Shown here piece after piece: positions 1 through 10,368 of a stretch of 64,000 nucleotides of DNA. A model generated the notes under the pieces. That model searched no databases, had not been told where the DNA came from, and saw nothing but the letters and a program-made list of their open reading frames with translations. How positions within the stretch are numbered: position 1 is the stretch's first letter; each line of letters starts with the position of its first letter. Source of the stretch: a virus. The position numbers and the translations under genes were made by a program. The stretch spans positions 3,890 through 67,889 of the IMG/VR virus record IMGVR_UViG_3300009400_000005, one strand, 5' to 3'.

Positions 1-1211
1 GACGTGAACCCGTCACTGTTCGCGACCACCAGCGACGTCGCCCCGATGATCGCTGGCGCGGTCAACGTCGTTGAGAGCCACAACGTCAGCGCTGTCAGGT
101 TCGCTACCCCTTCGACGTCCATGATTGCCGCCGCGACCTTGTAGTAGATGGGGTCCTCCCCGGCCGCCAAGCTCGTGACATACGCTTGGATGGCGGCGGT
201 GATCGTCGCCCGCAACGCCTGCGTGCCACCGGTGCCGTCATAGCTGAACCCCGGCTCGAACGCCACCGACGCCGCGACGTTCACGCCCGCTGCGACCGGT
301 GTTGCGATCGTCACGAAATGTCCGATCGGTGCGACCCCCGCGCCGATACCTGGCGTCGGATCGTACTTGGCTTGCAACGCCGTCACGAACGCCGGCGACG
401 TGAACGGATTATTGTTCACATCAGTGATGAGATTCCGGACCGTCGTCGGCCCTGCCCAGCACGGTTGGACGGTCACGAACCCGACACTCGGCTCCGCGAG
501 CAGCCACCGCTCATAGTCGCTGATCGTGCCCGACCCCTCTGAGCCCGCCAATGCCTGCCCCACCCGGACCTGCAACTGATCATCGGACTCCACGTCAGCC
601 CCGCCGGCCGTCGGAGCCGTGTTCGTCAGCGACGCCACGCCGGCCGTGATCGAGAGCACGAGCGTGATCGTGTTCGCCAGCACGTTCCCCGCCGCGCCCG
701 GCTCGTCCGCCACCACGTTCAGTGTCGCGACGCCCTGCGCGACCGTCCCCCCCGCCGGAATGCCGAGGCTGCTGTCGATGACCGCGCCGTTGATGCTGGT
801 GAACACTTGCGGGTCGCTGTCGGGTTCCGTCGCCTCGGTCGATACTTTCGTGCCGGCGTTCAGGATGGTGCCGGCATCGCCGGTGAACGTCACCTGCCCG
901 GTCGCGGCGGCCTGGTCTTTGCGGGCGAGCTTGACCGCTTCGGCCCACGAATCCAGGTAGGGGCCCTGCGCGAGGGTGGGGATGCCGGTGCGCGGTACTT
1001 CGTTCGCGGCGAAATCCCACAGGCGGTCCAGTTCGATGCTGGCCGCGACGAACATGTCGTTAGCGATCGAACCGGCGGTGAGGTCGAGTAGCTGCGGGTC
1101 GGTGGGCGCGAGCCCGGCGTTCGCGTCAGTTATCAGGCGGCCGAGAATTGACTCTAAGGCTTCAATTATTAGGGGCGGAAATTGCTGCTGAAGGTAGTCG
1201 ACGCTGCTCAT
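1..1211 (-). CDS. Baseplate J/gp47 family protein (3' end runs off the window)
   Basis: Not in the ORF track. Manual translation from ATG at 1211 (ATGA overlap with upstream gene): MSSVDYLQQQF...TLAQGPYLDSWAEAVKLARKDQAAATGQVTFTGDAGT...GGADVESDDQLQVRV..., the typical baseplate J pattern; follows a gp25-like wedge gene. Confidence 0.9.
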   Translation of the reverse strand, partial: MSSVDYLQQQFPPLIIEALESILGRLITDANAGLAPTDPQLLDLTAGSIANDMFVAASIELDRLWDFAANEVPRTGIPTLAQGPYLDSWAEAVKLARKDQAAATGQVTFTGDAGTILNAGTKVSTEATEPDSDPQVFTSINGAVIDSSLGIPAGGTVAQGVATLNVVADEPGAAGNVLANTITLVLSITAGVASLTNTAPTAGGADVESDDQLQVRVGQALAGSEGSGTISDYERWLLAEPSVGFVTVQPCWAGPTTVRNLITDVNNNPFTSPAFVTALQAKYDPTPGIGAGVAPIGHFVTIATPVAAGVNVAASVAFEPGFSYDGTGGTQALRATITAAIQAYVTSLAAGEDPIYYKVAAAIMDVEGVANLTALTLWLSTTLTAPAIIGATSLVVANSDGFT

Positions 1212-1792
1212 AGGTCAACATCTCCCTGCGCCGGCGACGGTGATGTCAACGGGTACCGGACGACTGAGAACGAGTCGACGTCATCGCCTTGTACGACGAC
1301 CGTGAAACTTACGAACGCGGCATCATCCGGAACGCCGCTGATCGACCCGTCGTCGTACTGGATCGCGAAATCGGTGATGTCGCTGATCCGAGGATGGAGT
1401 TTCATCGCGTCGCGCACCGAATCCTCCAGACCGGCGATCGTGGACGCCTCAAACGTCGACCCGTCAATCAGCTCGTACGCGCCATCCAATCCGAAGTCGT
1501 TCGCTTTGTGTACGGGCGCGGCTCCGCGATCTGTCGCGAGACACTTCCTCTCCCAAGCTTTGAGCGTGTCGACGCCGTACGTCATGAGCACCCCGCCGTT
1601 CGCGCCCGGGATCAGACGCCCCTGCGTGAAATCGAACGCGTAGGACCGGCCCAGCGGTGTCGGTTCGGGCAGTTGCGGCTCGAGGACGACGGGGTCGGCG
1701 AGCATCTCCTGCAATGTCATCTCAGACGCGGGATCGGGCGGATCGCTGACGGTCGGAGTGAGCTGCGGCGTGTTCGGGGTTGAGGTGCTCAT
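1208..1792 (-). CDS. Baseplate wedge protein (DUF2634/XkdS/gp25-like)
   Basis: GRSYAFDFTQGRL...TLKAWERKCLATDR...DFG...VRDAMKLHPRISDITDF pattern; directly upstream of baseplate J. Confidence 0.75.
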   Translation of the reverse strand: MSTSTPNTPQLTPTVSDPPDPASEMTLQEMLADPVVLEPQLPEPTPLGRSYAFDFTQGRLIPGANGGVLMTYGVDTLKAWERKCLATDRGAAPVHKANDFGLDGAYELIDGSTFEASTIAGLEDSVRDAMKLHPRISDITDFAIQYDDGSISGVPDDAAFVSFTVVVQGDDVDSFSVVRYPLTSPSPAQGDVDL

Positions 1793-2211
1793 CAGTCGGT
1801 TTCGATGCTGTTCAGATCCTCAGCGAGCGCGTCGTCGAGGAACCGCCACGCGCGTAGTGGCGTGTCAGATTCCACGTCGATGGCGATGTAGTCATCCTCG
1901 GCGATCTCCACAAGAATCAGGTTATCCTTCGTGGTGAGGCCGTACTGCACGTCGTACTGGCTGACCCACTGTCCGAACGTCACATTGTGGTCACCGACGT
2001 TGATGTTCGGATAGCCGTGCACGTCGGCGGTGAACGTGCGGTACGGGGCGGTGCCCGAGATGCTGGTGAGGGTGGCGCGCAGAATGTCACGGCCGCGTTT
2101 AGCGATGTGCTTCGTAACTACCGGTTGCATGCCGCGTACCATCGCGCGCGCAGCTTCGCGGCGGGTACCTTCCGTGGTTCTACCAACTGCGCGTTCCGGG
2201 GTGGCGGCCAT
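1792..2211 (-). CDS. Hypothetical baseplate protein (possible spike/gpV-like OB fold)
   Basis: Coupled start/stop overlaps; position in baseplate module. Confidence 0.5.
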   Translation of the reverse strand: MAATPERAVGRTTEGTRREAARAMVRGMQPVVTKHIAKRGRDILRATLTSISGTAPYRTFTADVHGYPNINVGDHNVTFGQWVSQYDVQYGLTTKDNLILVEIAEDDYIAIDVESDTPLRAWRFLDDALAEDLNSIETD

Positions 2212-3362
2212 CAGACGACCGCCGGCGGGGCCACGGGAGCGGGTATGCCGCCGCTGCCGATGACGACGGGCGGGCCGACCGGTCCGGGCAGCCCGCCGCC
2301 GCCAGTGGGCACCCCGCCACCGCTAGGTGCGGCTATCGCAAGCGCCGGGACTGCCGGGGCGACGGCAGGCAGGATCGTCAGATCCACGGTGGCGGTGTCG
2401 TCAGCCCACGATGCCAACTCAATGTAGGCACGGCGGGTCAGGGAAATGTCCTCGTCGTGCACCTCGACGGGGAAGTTGCGTTGCGAATAGCAGTACACGG
2501 CGACGAATCGCACGTACACGCCGTGGCGGCGGACTACCAGCACGCGTTCGCCGACGAGGTCTTCCGCGAGGCCGCCGTTGCGAGCGATCGCGAACGCGCC
2601 GGTCTCCTGATCGAAGTTCACGCCATGCCATCCACACGTCGCTGCCTGCACCGTCGGCGGGAGATTGCGCGGGACGCTACCCAAGCTCAGGACGCGCTGG
2701 GAGAGCTCCCACGGCAGCCGGCCGTTGTACATGTCGTCGACGTTCGCCGGGGCGCTCCATGGATCGAACGTGGTGCCGTAGAGCGCAATGTCGGTCGCTG
2801 GCATCGCGGCGAGCACGCTCGGGGGATTGCCGGTCGACGAGTAGGCGGCAGCGACACCGACCACGGTTCCCGTCGTCCCGTATTCGCCGGAGTAGGGCGT
2901 GCCGCCGTCGATCACGTCCACGGGCGTGGACGACGGCGTTCCACCGTCCACCGTCGTCGTGTACGTCGAGGTCGGGGTGCCGCCGTCCAGCAGACCGCCA
3001 ACAACATTCGCTACTTCGCTCACCGCGACGGCGTTGGGGTTCCCGCCGACCCACACCCCGAGGCGATACCCGCCCGCCGCGAGGGTGACGTTCGACAGGT
3101 CCGGCGGCGGCAGCGTCACCCACGCGTCCGGGCTGCTGCCGGGCACGGCGATCTCGTCGCCTACCTGGACGAGTGCGCCGGAGTCGTTGTAGATCACGCC
3201 GCGCAACAATGCGGTTCCCGCGCCGATCCCGTCGACGTTGATTCCCCACGACGCGAACGCCTGCGCCACCAAGAGTGTCTGATCGGCGATGAAGTAGATC
3301 GCGTTGGGCTGCAATGCTGCGGAGCCGACGGTCCCGACCCGAATGTTGCCGACCAGTGCCAT
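2211..3362 (-). CDS. Tail/baseplate-associated protein with C-terminal DPBB (RlpA/expansin)-like segment
   Basis: Start MALVGNIRV overlaps upstream stop (TGATG); C-terminal GAFAIAR...VGERVLV...DISLTRRAYIELA resembles a double-psi beta barrel. Confidence 0.55.
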   Translation of the reverse strand: MALVGNIRVGTVGSAALQPNAIYFIADQTLLVAQAFASWGINVDGIGAGTALLRGVIYNDSGALVQVGDEIAVPGSSPDAWVTLPPPDLSNVTLAAGGYRLGVWVGGNPNAVAVSEVANVVGGLLDGGTPTSTYTTTVDGGTPSSTPVDVIDGGTPYSGEYGTTGTVVGVAAAYSSTGNPPSVLAAMPATDIALYGTTFDPWSAPANVDDMYNGRLPWELSQRVLSLGSVPRNLPPTVQAATCGWHGVNFDQETGAFAIARNGGLAEDLVGERVLVVRRHGVYVRFVAVYCYSQRNFPVEVHDEDISLTRRAYIELASWADDTATVDLTILPAVAPAVPALAIAAPSGGGVPTGGGGLPGPVGPPVVIGSGGIPAPVAPPAVV

Positions 3363-4708
3363 CAGTGATGATGGCTTCCGGAATGCACTTTGGATCTGGT
3401 GGTGACGGGACGGGCGGACTTCGACAGGTTGTGTGACCCCGACACCGTATGCAGGCCACGTGCGCGCTTGTTCGCTGACGTGGTCGCTGACGCGTCTGAC
3501 AGCCATGGATCCTTGTGCGCCCACGTCACGTCCATCACATACTGCCCGGCGCCGACTGAATGCGACACGGACTGGGCGTACACGAGATTGTGGAATTGCA
3601 GGTCGGGAATGTCGAGCATCGCAGCGGTCCCGACATCAACCCACGGAACACCCGGATGCGTCACCTCGATCGACGGTTGCGGTGCGGCCTGGCGCGCGAG
3701 AAACTGCAGGCCGTATTTCCGCAACTCGGCGGTGGTTGTCAGATCCTTCGGAGCGACAATGGATTTCTGCAGATACCCGTAGCGGGCGATCCGGTCCTGA
3801 TCCTCCACCAATGCTTGGATCGGAGGCTTGGTGTGCGAGAAGTGATAGTGCGTCTTGTGTTTCACGGGAGAGGTCGTCGTCCGCAATGTCGTCTTGACGC
3901 TATGGCCGTGGACGAGGACAGCGGAATAGAAGTTCTTGCCGCCGAACGACGACAGGACCGCCTCCGCGATCGCCGGCCCCAACGGCAGCACATATTTCGG
4001 GGCGGTCGGCAGCACCTCCGTGACCTGCAACGCGCCGACCGGATCGTCGATGATGTACCGCCGTCCCGTGATCTTCCGGTCGGCCTGCCACGCCTTGATG
4101 ATCACGTCATATCCTGACGATGCCTTGTCCACGATCGACGGCAGATACGTGTTCGATGCCGGGATCGGCCCGATGGGACAGCCAACCTGCTTACACACGT
4201 CCAATGTGATCTGGCGTGCGGACCAGCCTCGCGGATGCTGAGCGTCCTTCCCATAGCGCCAATCGCGTTTTGACTTGATGATCGTCGCGATATAGACCGT
4301 CTCGAGATTCAGGTTCACGGTCCCGGCGACCACCGACTCCTGCGGGTTTGAGACCGCCATTCGAAGCAGCCCGAACCACGGGCCCTGCGGCCCCGACAGC
4401 GACACGTCAATACCGATCTGATCCGCCTGCGCGATGATCTCCGCCTCCTGCAACCCCAACGGGCGATAGAAATCCACGGTCCCCGTCCGCGGGCTCGCGC
4501 CCGTCCGCTGCCAGTTGAACTGATCCATCAACGGATCCAAGATCAGGTTCGGGCGATCCTTGCGGTACGCGGTCGCGCGAAACGTCTCCTTGTCGAAAAT
4601 GTGGGAGACGCTTCGCGGCTGCCAATAGTTCTGCGCCGTCGTTGGCGGGAACGGCGCGGCCTGCTTCTTAGCTCGCGTCGACCCCGCCTGAGATGCACGC
4701 CCCGTCAT
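3362..4708 (-). CDS. Baseplate hub protein (XkdQ/late control D-like)
   Basis: Size and position after LysM gene; SARQITLDVCKQVGCPIGPI, DRIARYGYLQKSI and C-terminal SVSHSV...YVMDVT motifs. Confidence 0.7.
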   Translation of the reverse strand: MTGRASQAGSTRAKKQAAPFPPTTAQNYWQPRSVSHIFDKETFRATAYRKDRPNLILDPLMDQFNWQRTGASPRTGTVDFYRPLGLQEAEIIAQADQIGIDVSLSGPQGPWFGLLRMAVSNPQESVVAGTVNLNLETVYIATIIKSKRDWRYGKDAQHPRGWSARQITLDVCKQVGCPIGPIPASNTYLPSIVDKASSGYDVIIKAWQADRKITGRRYIIDDPVGALQVTEVLPTAPKYVLPLGPAIAEAVLSSFGGKNFYSAVLVHGHSVKTTLRTTTSPVKHKTHYHFSHTKPPIQALVEDQDRIARYGYLQKSIVAPKDLTTTAELRKYGLQFLARQAAPQPSIEVTHPGVPWVDVGTAAMLDIPDLQFHNLVYAQSVSHSVGAGQYVMDVTWAHKDPWLSDASATTSANKRARGLHTVSGSHNLSKSARPVTTRSKVHSGSHHH

Positions 4709-5598
4709 CGCCGCGTCTTCGGCTTAGCTTCATGACGTCGAACCGTCGGAACTCTCATCGACGTCTTGTGATGCTTGAGCAGCCAGTCCTGGAGAGCGCC
4801 GATGTCGCTCGGGTTCACGTTCTTGATCCCGTTCGCTGCTGCGATCCGGCGCCAATCCGACGCTTTCCCCAGCTCCTTACGCGCAATGTCGTAGAGCGTG
4901 TCGGTCGTCTTCGTCTGATACGTGTGCGCCTGAAAGTTCGGGTTGCTGCGCCGACTCTCGCCGATCGTCACCTCCCGGAACTCCTGGAAGGTGATGACCA
5001 TGTACTCCGTGCCGATCTCCCCGACCGGCTGGCGGGGCTGCATGCTGACGATGTTCGCCAACGAGCTGACCATCGTCCGAGCACCCCAGATGACCGGATT
5101 GGCGATCACCAGCCGGAAAATGAGATTGCCGTGCGCGATGTGCTCGAGCTCCTCGATGAACAGTTGCGGCTCGAACACGCCGTTGACAGCGTTGGGATGA
5201 TGCGAGTGGGTGCCGGTCCATACCACGAACGACTCGTTATCCCACACGAACAGGGTCGATACGGGCCACTGCTGCAGTGACGCGCCCTGCGACCTGGACC
5301 TGGCTCCGAGCGACAGGGTCTGATACGAGGGCCAAGGCGTTTCGAGGTCGCGTTGCAGATCGGCGATCGGCGGGCACTGAAAGCGAAACGGGACCGTCAA
5401 ATATCCCGGAGTGGTGATACCGCGGACTGCGGACAGGGTGACGCGGAGGCCAGCGGTGCTGCGAAACGGCGCATCGGACCGGTACGTCCCGTCCTTGCTG
5501 TTCGCCTTCGGCTCGTGCGTGATAGCGCGCGCGCCCGTCTTGGCGGCACCTTGCCCCGCTTTGACGGACCCCTTGTGCGGTGACGACGATGAGCTCAT
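4705..5598 (-). CDS. Tail tube initiator with LysM domain (XkdP-like)
   Basis: C-terminal YQTKTTDTLYDIARKELGKASDWRRIAAANGI LysM; follows tape measure. Confidence 0.85.
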   Translation of the reverse strand: MSSSSSPHKGSVKAGQGAAKTGARAITHEPKANSKDGTYRSDAPFRSTAGLRVTLSAVRGITTPGYLTVPFRFQCPPIADLQRDLETPWPSYQTLSLGARSRSQGASLQQWPVSTLFVWDNESFVVWTGTHSHHPNAVNGVFEPQLFIEELEHIAHGNLIFRLVIANPVIWGARTMVSSLANIVSMQPRQPVGEIGTEYMVITFQEFREVTIGESRRSNPNFQAHTYQTKTTDTLYDIARKELGKASDWRRIAAANGIKNVNPSDIGALQDWLLKHHKTSMRVPTVRRHEAKPKTRR

Positions 5599-8500
5599 CG
5601 CAGCAAGCTGAGGTCGGATTCCATCGGGACGCCGTGATGCTCGTGTTCCATGTCGTGCGCGACGCGTTGGATTTCGCGGTGGATCATCTGCGCAATGTCA
5701 CCTTCGCGGTGATTGTCGATGTTCGCGATGTTCACGGTGATCTGCACGCCACCAGCAGTAGCAGTCGCGGATGCGTGCTGCGGTTTGATCGTGACGCGTT
5801 CCGGGCCTGACTCGCCGGCGCCGAACACGGTGGGACGGTTGACGGTGAAATCCCCGCCGCGAGCATTCCAGCCACCCCAGCCAACTCGTCCGCCGGTCGC
5901 GTAGCCGGCCGCCATCGCCGCGTTCGCGGCCGCGATCCGGTGCGGAAGATTGGCCGCTGATGCGAGCGGCCGCTCGAACTGGTTCATGAAGATCGTCGCG
6001 GCCTCGCCCGGGGAGCCCGCCGAGTTCATCGACCCCTTCAGACTCTGGATCTGCGGCAGCATCGTCTGCATCTGATGAAGCAGCGACCCGCCGGTACCCG
6101 ACCCGAAGTTCGAGATCTGCTGCCACATACCGCCGCCCGGGGTGTTCGGGTTCTGGTTCGACTCCTGCGCCGCGTTGCCGAGCATGCCCGCGATCGCCAT
6201 CTTGTCGAAGCCCGCCGCGCCCATGAACTGCGCCACCTGATGCGCGACGGGCCCATTGAGCGTTCCGGTGAAACTACCGCCACCGCTGCCACCCGCGGGA
6301 GCGTGCGCCGCCGCGTACGCGGTAGCGGCCGCCGCCGCCTTCGTCAACGCCGCATTGTCCAGCAGCGCGAACACGCCATGCCCGCCGACCTGCGGAGCTT
6401 TGATCGGCGCAGGGCCGGCGCCCATCGCACCGCCGGCACCGCCGCCGACAAGCTTGCCGTGCGCGAGGCCCGTGACGAAACTCGTGAACGCAATGCCAGC
6501 CGGACTGTTGCCATGGCTGGCATCCCCGGTATTCCCCGATGCTTGGGCTTCCGTTGACTGCCCCGGCCCGGCTGCCCATCCCATTTCGGTAAACGGATAC
6601 GCGCCTCGCGCATGCGCGATGACCTGACCCGCTTTGACGTTCTGGCCGACATGCACGGTCGGGTCAATATTCTCCGCAAGGTAAACGTACCGGTTCGCGT
6701 CTGGCCCGTTCAGCAACTGATAGTTGATGAACGCGCCACCGGCGGAAGTGCCCGCCCCCGGCCAGCCTGTGTTCCCGCCCTGCGGTGTTGCCATGTTGAT
6801 ACGAGCATCGCCAATGGCCGCAATGTTTCCAGCGCCCGTCCAGTCCGTCCCCATGTCCGTGCGCCCCTGCGACAGGCCCGGCCCGTACGGGAACACGTAG
6901 CCGCCAGCGCCGCCCGGTATCCGGCCGCCCTTCGCGAACGCCATCGAATGCGGCGTCGTCTCGTTCGCGACCATTCCCGACAGGCGCGTCCCGAACGCCC
7001 CGAGCAGCGAATCGACCTTCCGTTCGGTATGCCGGTTGACGATCAGTTCGCCACCGTCCGCCATCCCAAGCAGATTCCCGCCGCTCGACAGGATCGGCGT
7101 GGTATCCCCCCTGGGCGGACCCGCGATACGACCACCCTTCGCATGCGGCGACGCCGCCGCCCCAGACGACACCTGACCCGAAGCGACCGCCGCCAATTGC
7201 CCCGGCGACAGTCCCTTGATCTGCGCGACCGACAACGGCTTCTCCCCGAACGCCTTCAACTGCGCGTTGAGCGCCTGCGCGATCATCGCCAAACCCTTCG
7301 CGACCGCGTTCGTGCTCCCCGCCACCGAGGTCGCGATCGCTGCCTGCAGCTTCTGGAAGTTCGACGCGCCCGACTGATACGCCGACGCCGACCCCTTCTG
7401 CACCGCGTCGCTCATATCACCAGCGCTCGCCGTCGTCTTGTTCACCATCGCATCGAAGTCCGCCTCGTTAGCGGCACGCAGCGCTTTCAGGTCTGCGCGC
7501 GCCAGCTGCGCCGACTTGCCCGTCCCCGATGCCAGCGTCTCCAGGCTCCCGACGACCGCCTGGGACTTCTGCTCGATGCTCCCGGCCGTGTGATCCATCG
7601 TTGCCGCGACCGCCGGAAAGTCGCCGCGCATCTTGTCGAGCTGCGCCTTCACGTTCTTCTCCGTGTTGGAGAAGTTCAGGGCCTTGTTGAACGTCGCCAA
7701 CGACGCGTTAGCTGCAATCCCCAGGTACCTCTCAAACCCCGGGAACTCGCTCTCGAGCTGCTTGAGGAATAGTTTGGTACTGCCCTTAGCCAGACGACCC
7801 TGATTCTCCAAGCCCTGCGAGAACTTCACAGCTGACTGCACCGCATACGCCTGAAACTGCACCGGGAGCGTCCCAAGGCTCTTACGTATATTCGCGAACA
7901 TGGTCGGCTCGTCCTGGAACTTGTACTGGTTCATGCCGGCTTCGAATGTCTTGGCGTACGCCATACCGCCCTTGTTGGCCTGCACTAGATAGGCTTGCTG
8001 CTGCACCGCGCTAAGTTGCGAGAACTTGACCTGGTAGTCGATGCTTTGAGTTCCGCCCCCGCCCCTGCCGGATAGACCGCCCGCGCGACCTCCAGACCCT
8101 CCAGCGATCGTGCGAGTGCGTGCTCGTGTCTCAATCTGGTTTGCCGCATCAATGGATGAAGCAATCGTGCTCTGCACAGCACCGCGCTGCGCGCCACCCA
8201 CCCCCCTCGGCAGCGAACTGGCGACCTTCTCGCCGAACGACTTGCTGTGAAACAGCGAGGTCAGGCCGCCGACGAGCGCGCCACCGATCGCACCGACGAT
8301 CGCGCCCTCCGGACCGACCAGCGAGCCCGCCGCTGCACCCACCGACGCGTACGTGCCGATCTTGCTGACCGTGCTCCCGGTATGCCCGCCGATCAAACCT
8401 CCCGCGAGCTGCGAGGCTCCGACGCCCATCATGCCGATCATGCCCGCGCCCGCCAAACCAGCACCACGCGACATCAATCCACCCGCCGCCGCCTTCTCCA

Positions 8501-10352
8501 CCGTGGCCGCGGCCGTCTTCGCGGGGACGACCCCCCCCTGCGCCGCCAAGTGCTGCTCCTCAGCCGTCATGGCCTTCCCGATACCGCCCGGGCCCGCTGT
8601 GCCCGTGCCCACCGCCGACGATGCCATCACCACCGCCAGAGGATTCTCCAACGTGCCCGGCATCATCCCCGGCGTCCGGATGCCACCAATCCCGCCCGAC
8701 AGCATCGACTCGGCCGCGCCCAACGGACCGCCCTTAGCAGCCGTCTCCGCCGTCGCAGCAGCCGCGACGCCACCGCCGCCACGGAACAGGTTCCCGATCC
8801 CCTGCGCTCCCTTCACTGGCAGCGCACCGATCGCCTTCCCTAGCTTCAAGAACTCCAGGGTCGCGCCCCCAACCCGGCGCGTCACGTTCACGCCCAACGC
8901 CACGACCGACGCGACCATCACCCCGCCAATCACGCCCGCCAATGCCTCCGCCGCCACCTTGTTCTGCCCAAACCAGTGCGCGAGCTTCGTGAACTCCGTA
9001 ATCCCCTTCTCCACATACGGGATCAAGATCAAACCCAGCCGCGTCCCCAACGCCTCCACGCCCGCCTTCGCCTGACTCAACCGGAACCCGAGCGTCTGCT
9101 GCGTCAACGTCCAAGCATTATCGAAACTGTTGATCACCTTCGACTGCTGCGCATACTTGCTACGCACCACGTCAAGGTTGTTGTAGAGCGCCATGATCGT
9201 CCCGCCCGACCGGCCACCACCGAACGCACGAGCGATAATCGTCGCCTGATCCCCCGCGCTCACGCCCGCAGCCTCCAGATGCTTTTTCAGATCCTGCAAC
9301 GCCACGAAAATGCCGTCCGGTTTGCGCAGATCAGCGCCCAGCTTCACCGTCGTCACGCCGCTCTTCGTCAACGCGTCAGACATCGCCTTCGTTCGCGTAT
9401 GCACCTCACCCGCGCTCAACCCCAGGGCCGTCAGAATGTGCGTCGACTGTTTCGTCGGCGCGCCCAACAGGGCGATCGACATGCGCAAACGAGTAGCGGC
9501 CTGCTCCGCCGGAACGCCACGATCCGTCATGTACGCCAACGCCGCGCCCACCGAATGCAAGCTCACCCCAAACGTCCGCGCCGCCGGAATGATCCCCGAC
9601 GCCATCGAACTGATCAAATCCTGCATGTGCATATCGCCCGTACCGACGATCGCGTTCAACTCCTTCATCGCCTGATTCGCACCCCCCACCCCGTGCAACC
9701 CCAGCGCGTTCATCGCCGACGACAACGCGTACGTCGTCTCCGTCAGATTCGAGTGACCGACCGCCGCCAGCTTCGCCGAATCCCGAAGCACCCCGAGCTC
9801 CACCTGCGTCCGATGCGCCTTCGGGATCAGATTGTCCATCGATGACACGATGTGATACATGCCGCTGGCGAGCTCATTCGGGGTCTGCCCCACCGACGCC
9901 GCCATGTTCAAAATGCCCTTCGACAGCTCACCCGCAGCCTTCGTTGATAGGCCCGCCTGCGTCGAGAACTGCGTCGTCATCCGCTGGAACTTCACGCCCA
10001 GATCGATCGCTCCCAACGCCGCGCCCGCCAACCCGGCGGTGACGGCCTTCCCCATGTTCACCATGTGCGACCCCGTGTCCGTCCACGCCTTCGACGTACG
10101 ACGTGCCGCAGCCTCATGCTGCCCCGCGCTACGGGTAGCCGCGGCCCCGCTGGCATCCATCGCCGCCGTACCCTTCGCAGAGGACGCAGCGGCCTTATCG
10201 ACGCCCTTAGCGCCTTTCGCCATGGAAGCATCCATGGTCGCGCCGAGCTTCCCGAACGTCTCCTCCGTCTTCAGCGCCTCCGCGCGCATCGTGCGCAGCG
10301 CCGGCGTCGCCTCATCAACCAGTCTGAAAATTCCTTCGACCGAAGCAGCCAT
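5595..10352 (-). CDS. Tail tape measure protein (TP901-like core) with C-terminal M23-like and phage lysozyme-2 domains
   Basis: 1585 aa, Ala/Gly-rich; TP901-type core (ELASGMYHIVSS, VGAALAYMTDRGV, AATRLRM); VHVGQNVKAGQVIA (M23-like); AIAGMLGNAAQES...GMWQ...FMNQFERP (lysozyme-2). Confidence 0.93.
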   Translation of the reverse strand: MAASVEGIFRLVDEATPALRTMRAEALKTEETFGKLGATMDASMAKGAKGVDKAAASSAKGTAAMDASGAAATRSAGQHEAAARRTSKAWTDTGSHMVNMGKAVTAGLAGAALGAIDLGVKFQRMTTQFSTQAGLSTKAAGELSKGILNMAASVGQTPNELASGMYHIVSSMDNLIPKAHRTQVELGVLRDSAKLAAVGHSNLTETTYALSSAMNALGLHGVGGANQAMKELNAIVGTGDMHMQDLISSMASGIIPAARTFGVSLHSVGAALAYMTDRGVPAEQAATRLRMSIALLGAPTKQSTHILTALGLSAGEVHTRTKAMSDALTKSGVTTVKLGADLRKPDGIFVALQDLKKHLEAAGVSAGDQATIIARAFGGGRSGGTIMALYNNLDVVRSKYAQQSKVINSFDNAWTLTQQTLGFRLSQAKAGVEALGTRLGLILIPYVEKGITEFTKLAHWFGQNKVAAEALAGVIGGVMVASVVALGVNVTRRVGGATLEFLKLGKAIGALPVKGAQGIGNLFRGGGGVAAAATAETAAKGGPLGAAESMLSGGIGGIRTPGMMPGTLENPLAVVMASSAVGTGTAGPGGIGKAMTAEEQHLAAQGGVVPAKTAAATVEKAAAGGLMSRGAGLAGAGMIGMMGVGASQLAGGLIGGHTGSTVSKIGTYASVGAAAGSLVGPEGAIVGAIGGALVGGLTSLFHSKSFGEKVASSLPRGVGGAQRGAVQSTIASSIDAANQIETRARTRTIAGGSGGRAGGLSGRGGGGTQSIDYQVKFSQLSAVQQQAYLVQANKGGMAYAKTFEAGMNQYKFQDEPTMFANIRKSLGTLPVQFQAYAVQSAVKFSQGLENQGRLAKGSTKLFLKQLESEFPGFERYLGIAANASLATFNKALNFSNTEKNVKAQLDKMRGDFPAVAATMDHTAGSIEQKSQAVVGSLETLASGTGKSAQLARADLKALRAANEADFDAMVNKTTASAGDMSDAVQKGSASAYQSGASNFQKLQAAIATSVAGSTNAVAKGLAMIAQALNAQLKAFGEKPLSVAQIKGLSPGQLAAVASGQVSSGAAASPHAKGGRIAGPPRGDTTPILSSGGNLLGMADGGELIVNRHTERKVDSLLGAFGTRLSGMVANETTPHSMAFAKGGRIPGGAGGYVFPYGPGLSQGRTDMGTDWTGAGNIAAIGDARINMATPQGGNTGWPGAGTSAGGAFINYQLLNGPDANRYVYLAENIDPTVHVGQNVKAGQVIAHARGAYPFTEMGWAAGPGQSTEAQASGNTGDASHGNSPAGIAFTSFVTGLAHGKLVGGGAGGAMGAGPAPIKAPQVGGHGVFALLDNAALTKAAAAATAYAAAHAPAGGSGGGSFTGTLNGPVAHQVAQFMGAAGFDKMAIAGMLGNAAQESNQNPNTPGGGMWQQISNFGSGTGGSLLHQMQTMLPQIQSLKGSMNSAGSPGEAATIFMNQFERPLASAANLPHRIAAANAAMAAGYATGGRVGWGGWNARGGDFTVNRPTVFGAGESGPERVTIKPQHASATATAGGVQITVNIANIDNHREGDIAQMIHREIQRVAHDMEHEHHGVPMESDLSLLR

Positions 10353-10368
10353 CTCAGGCCACGCTCAC

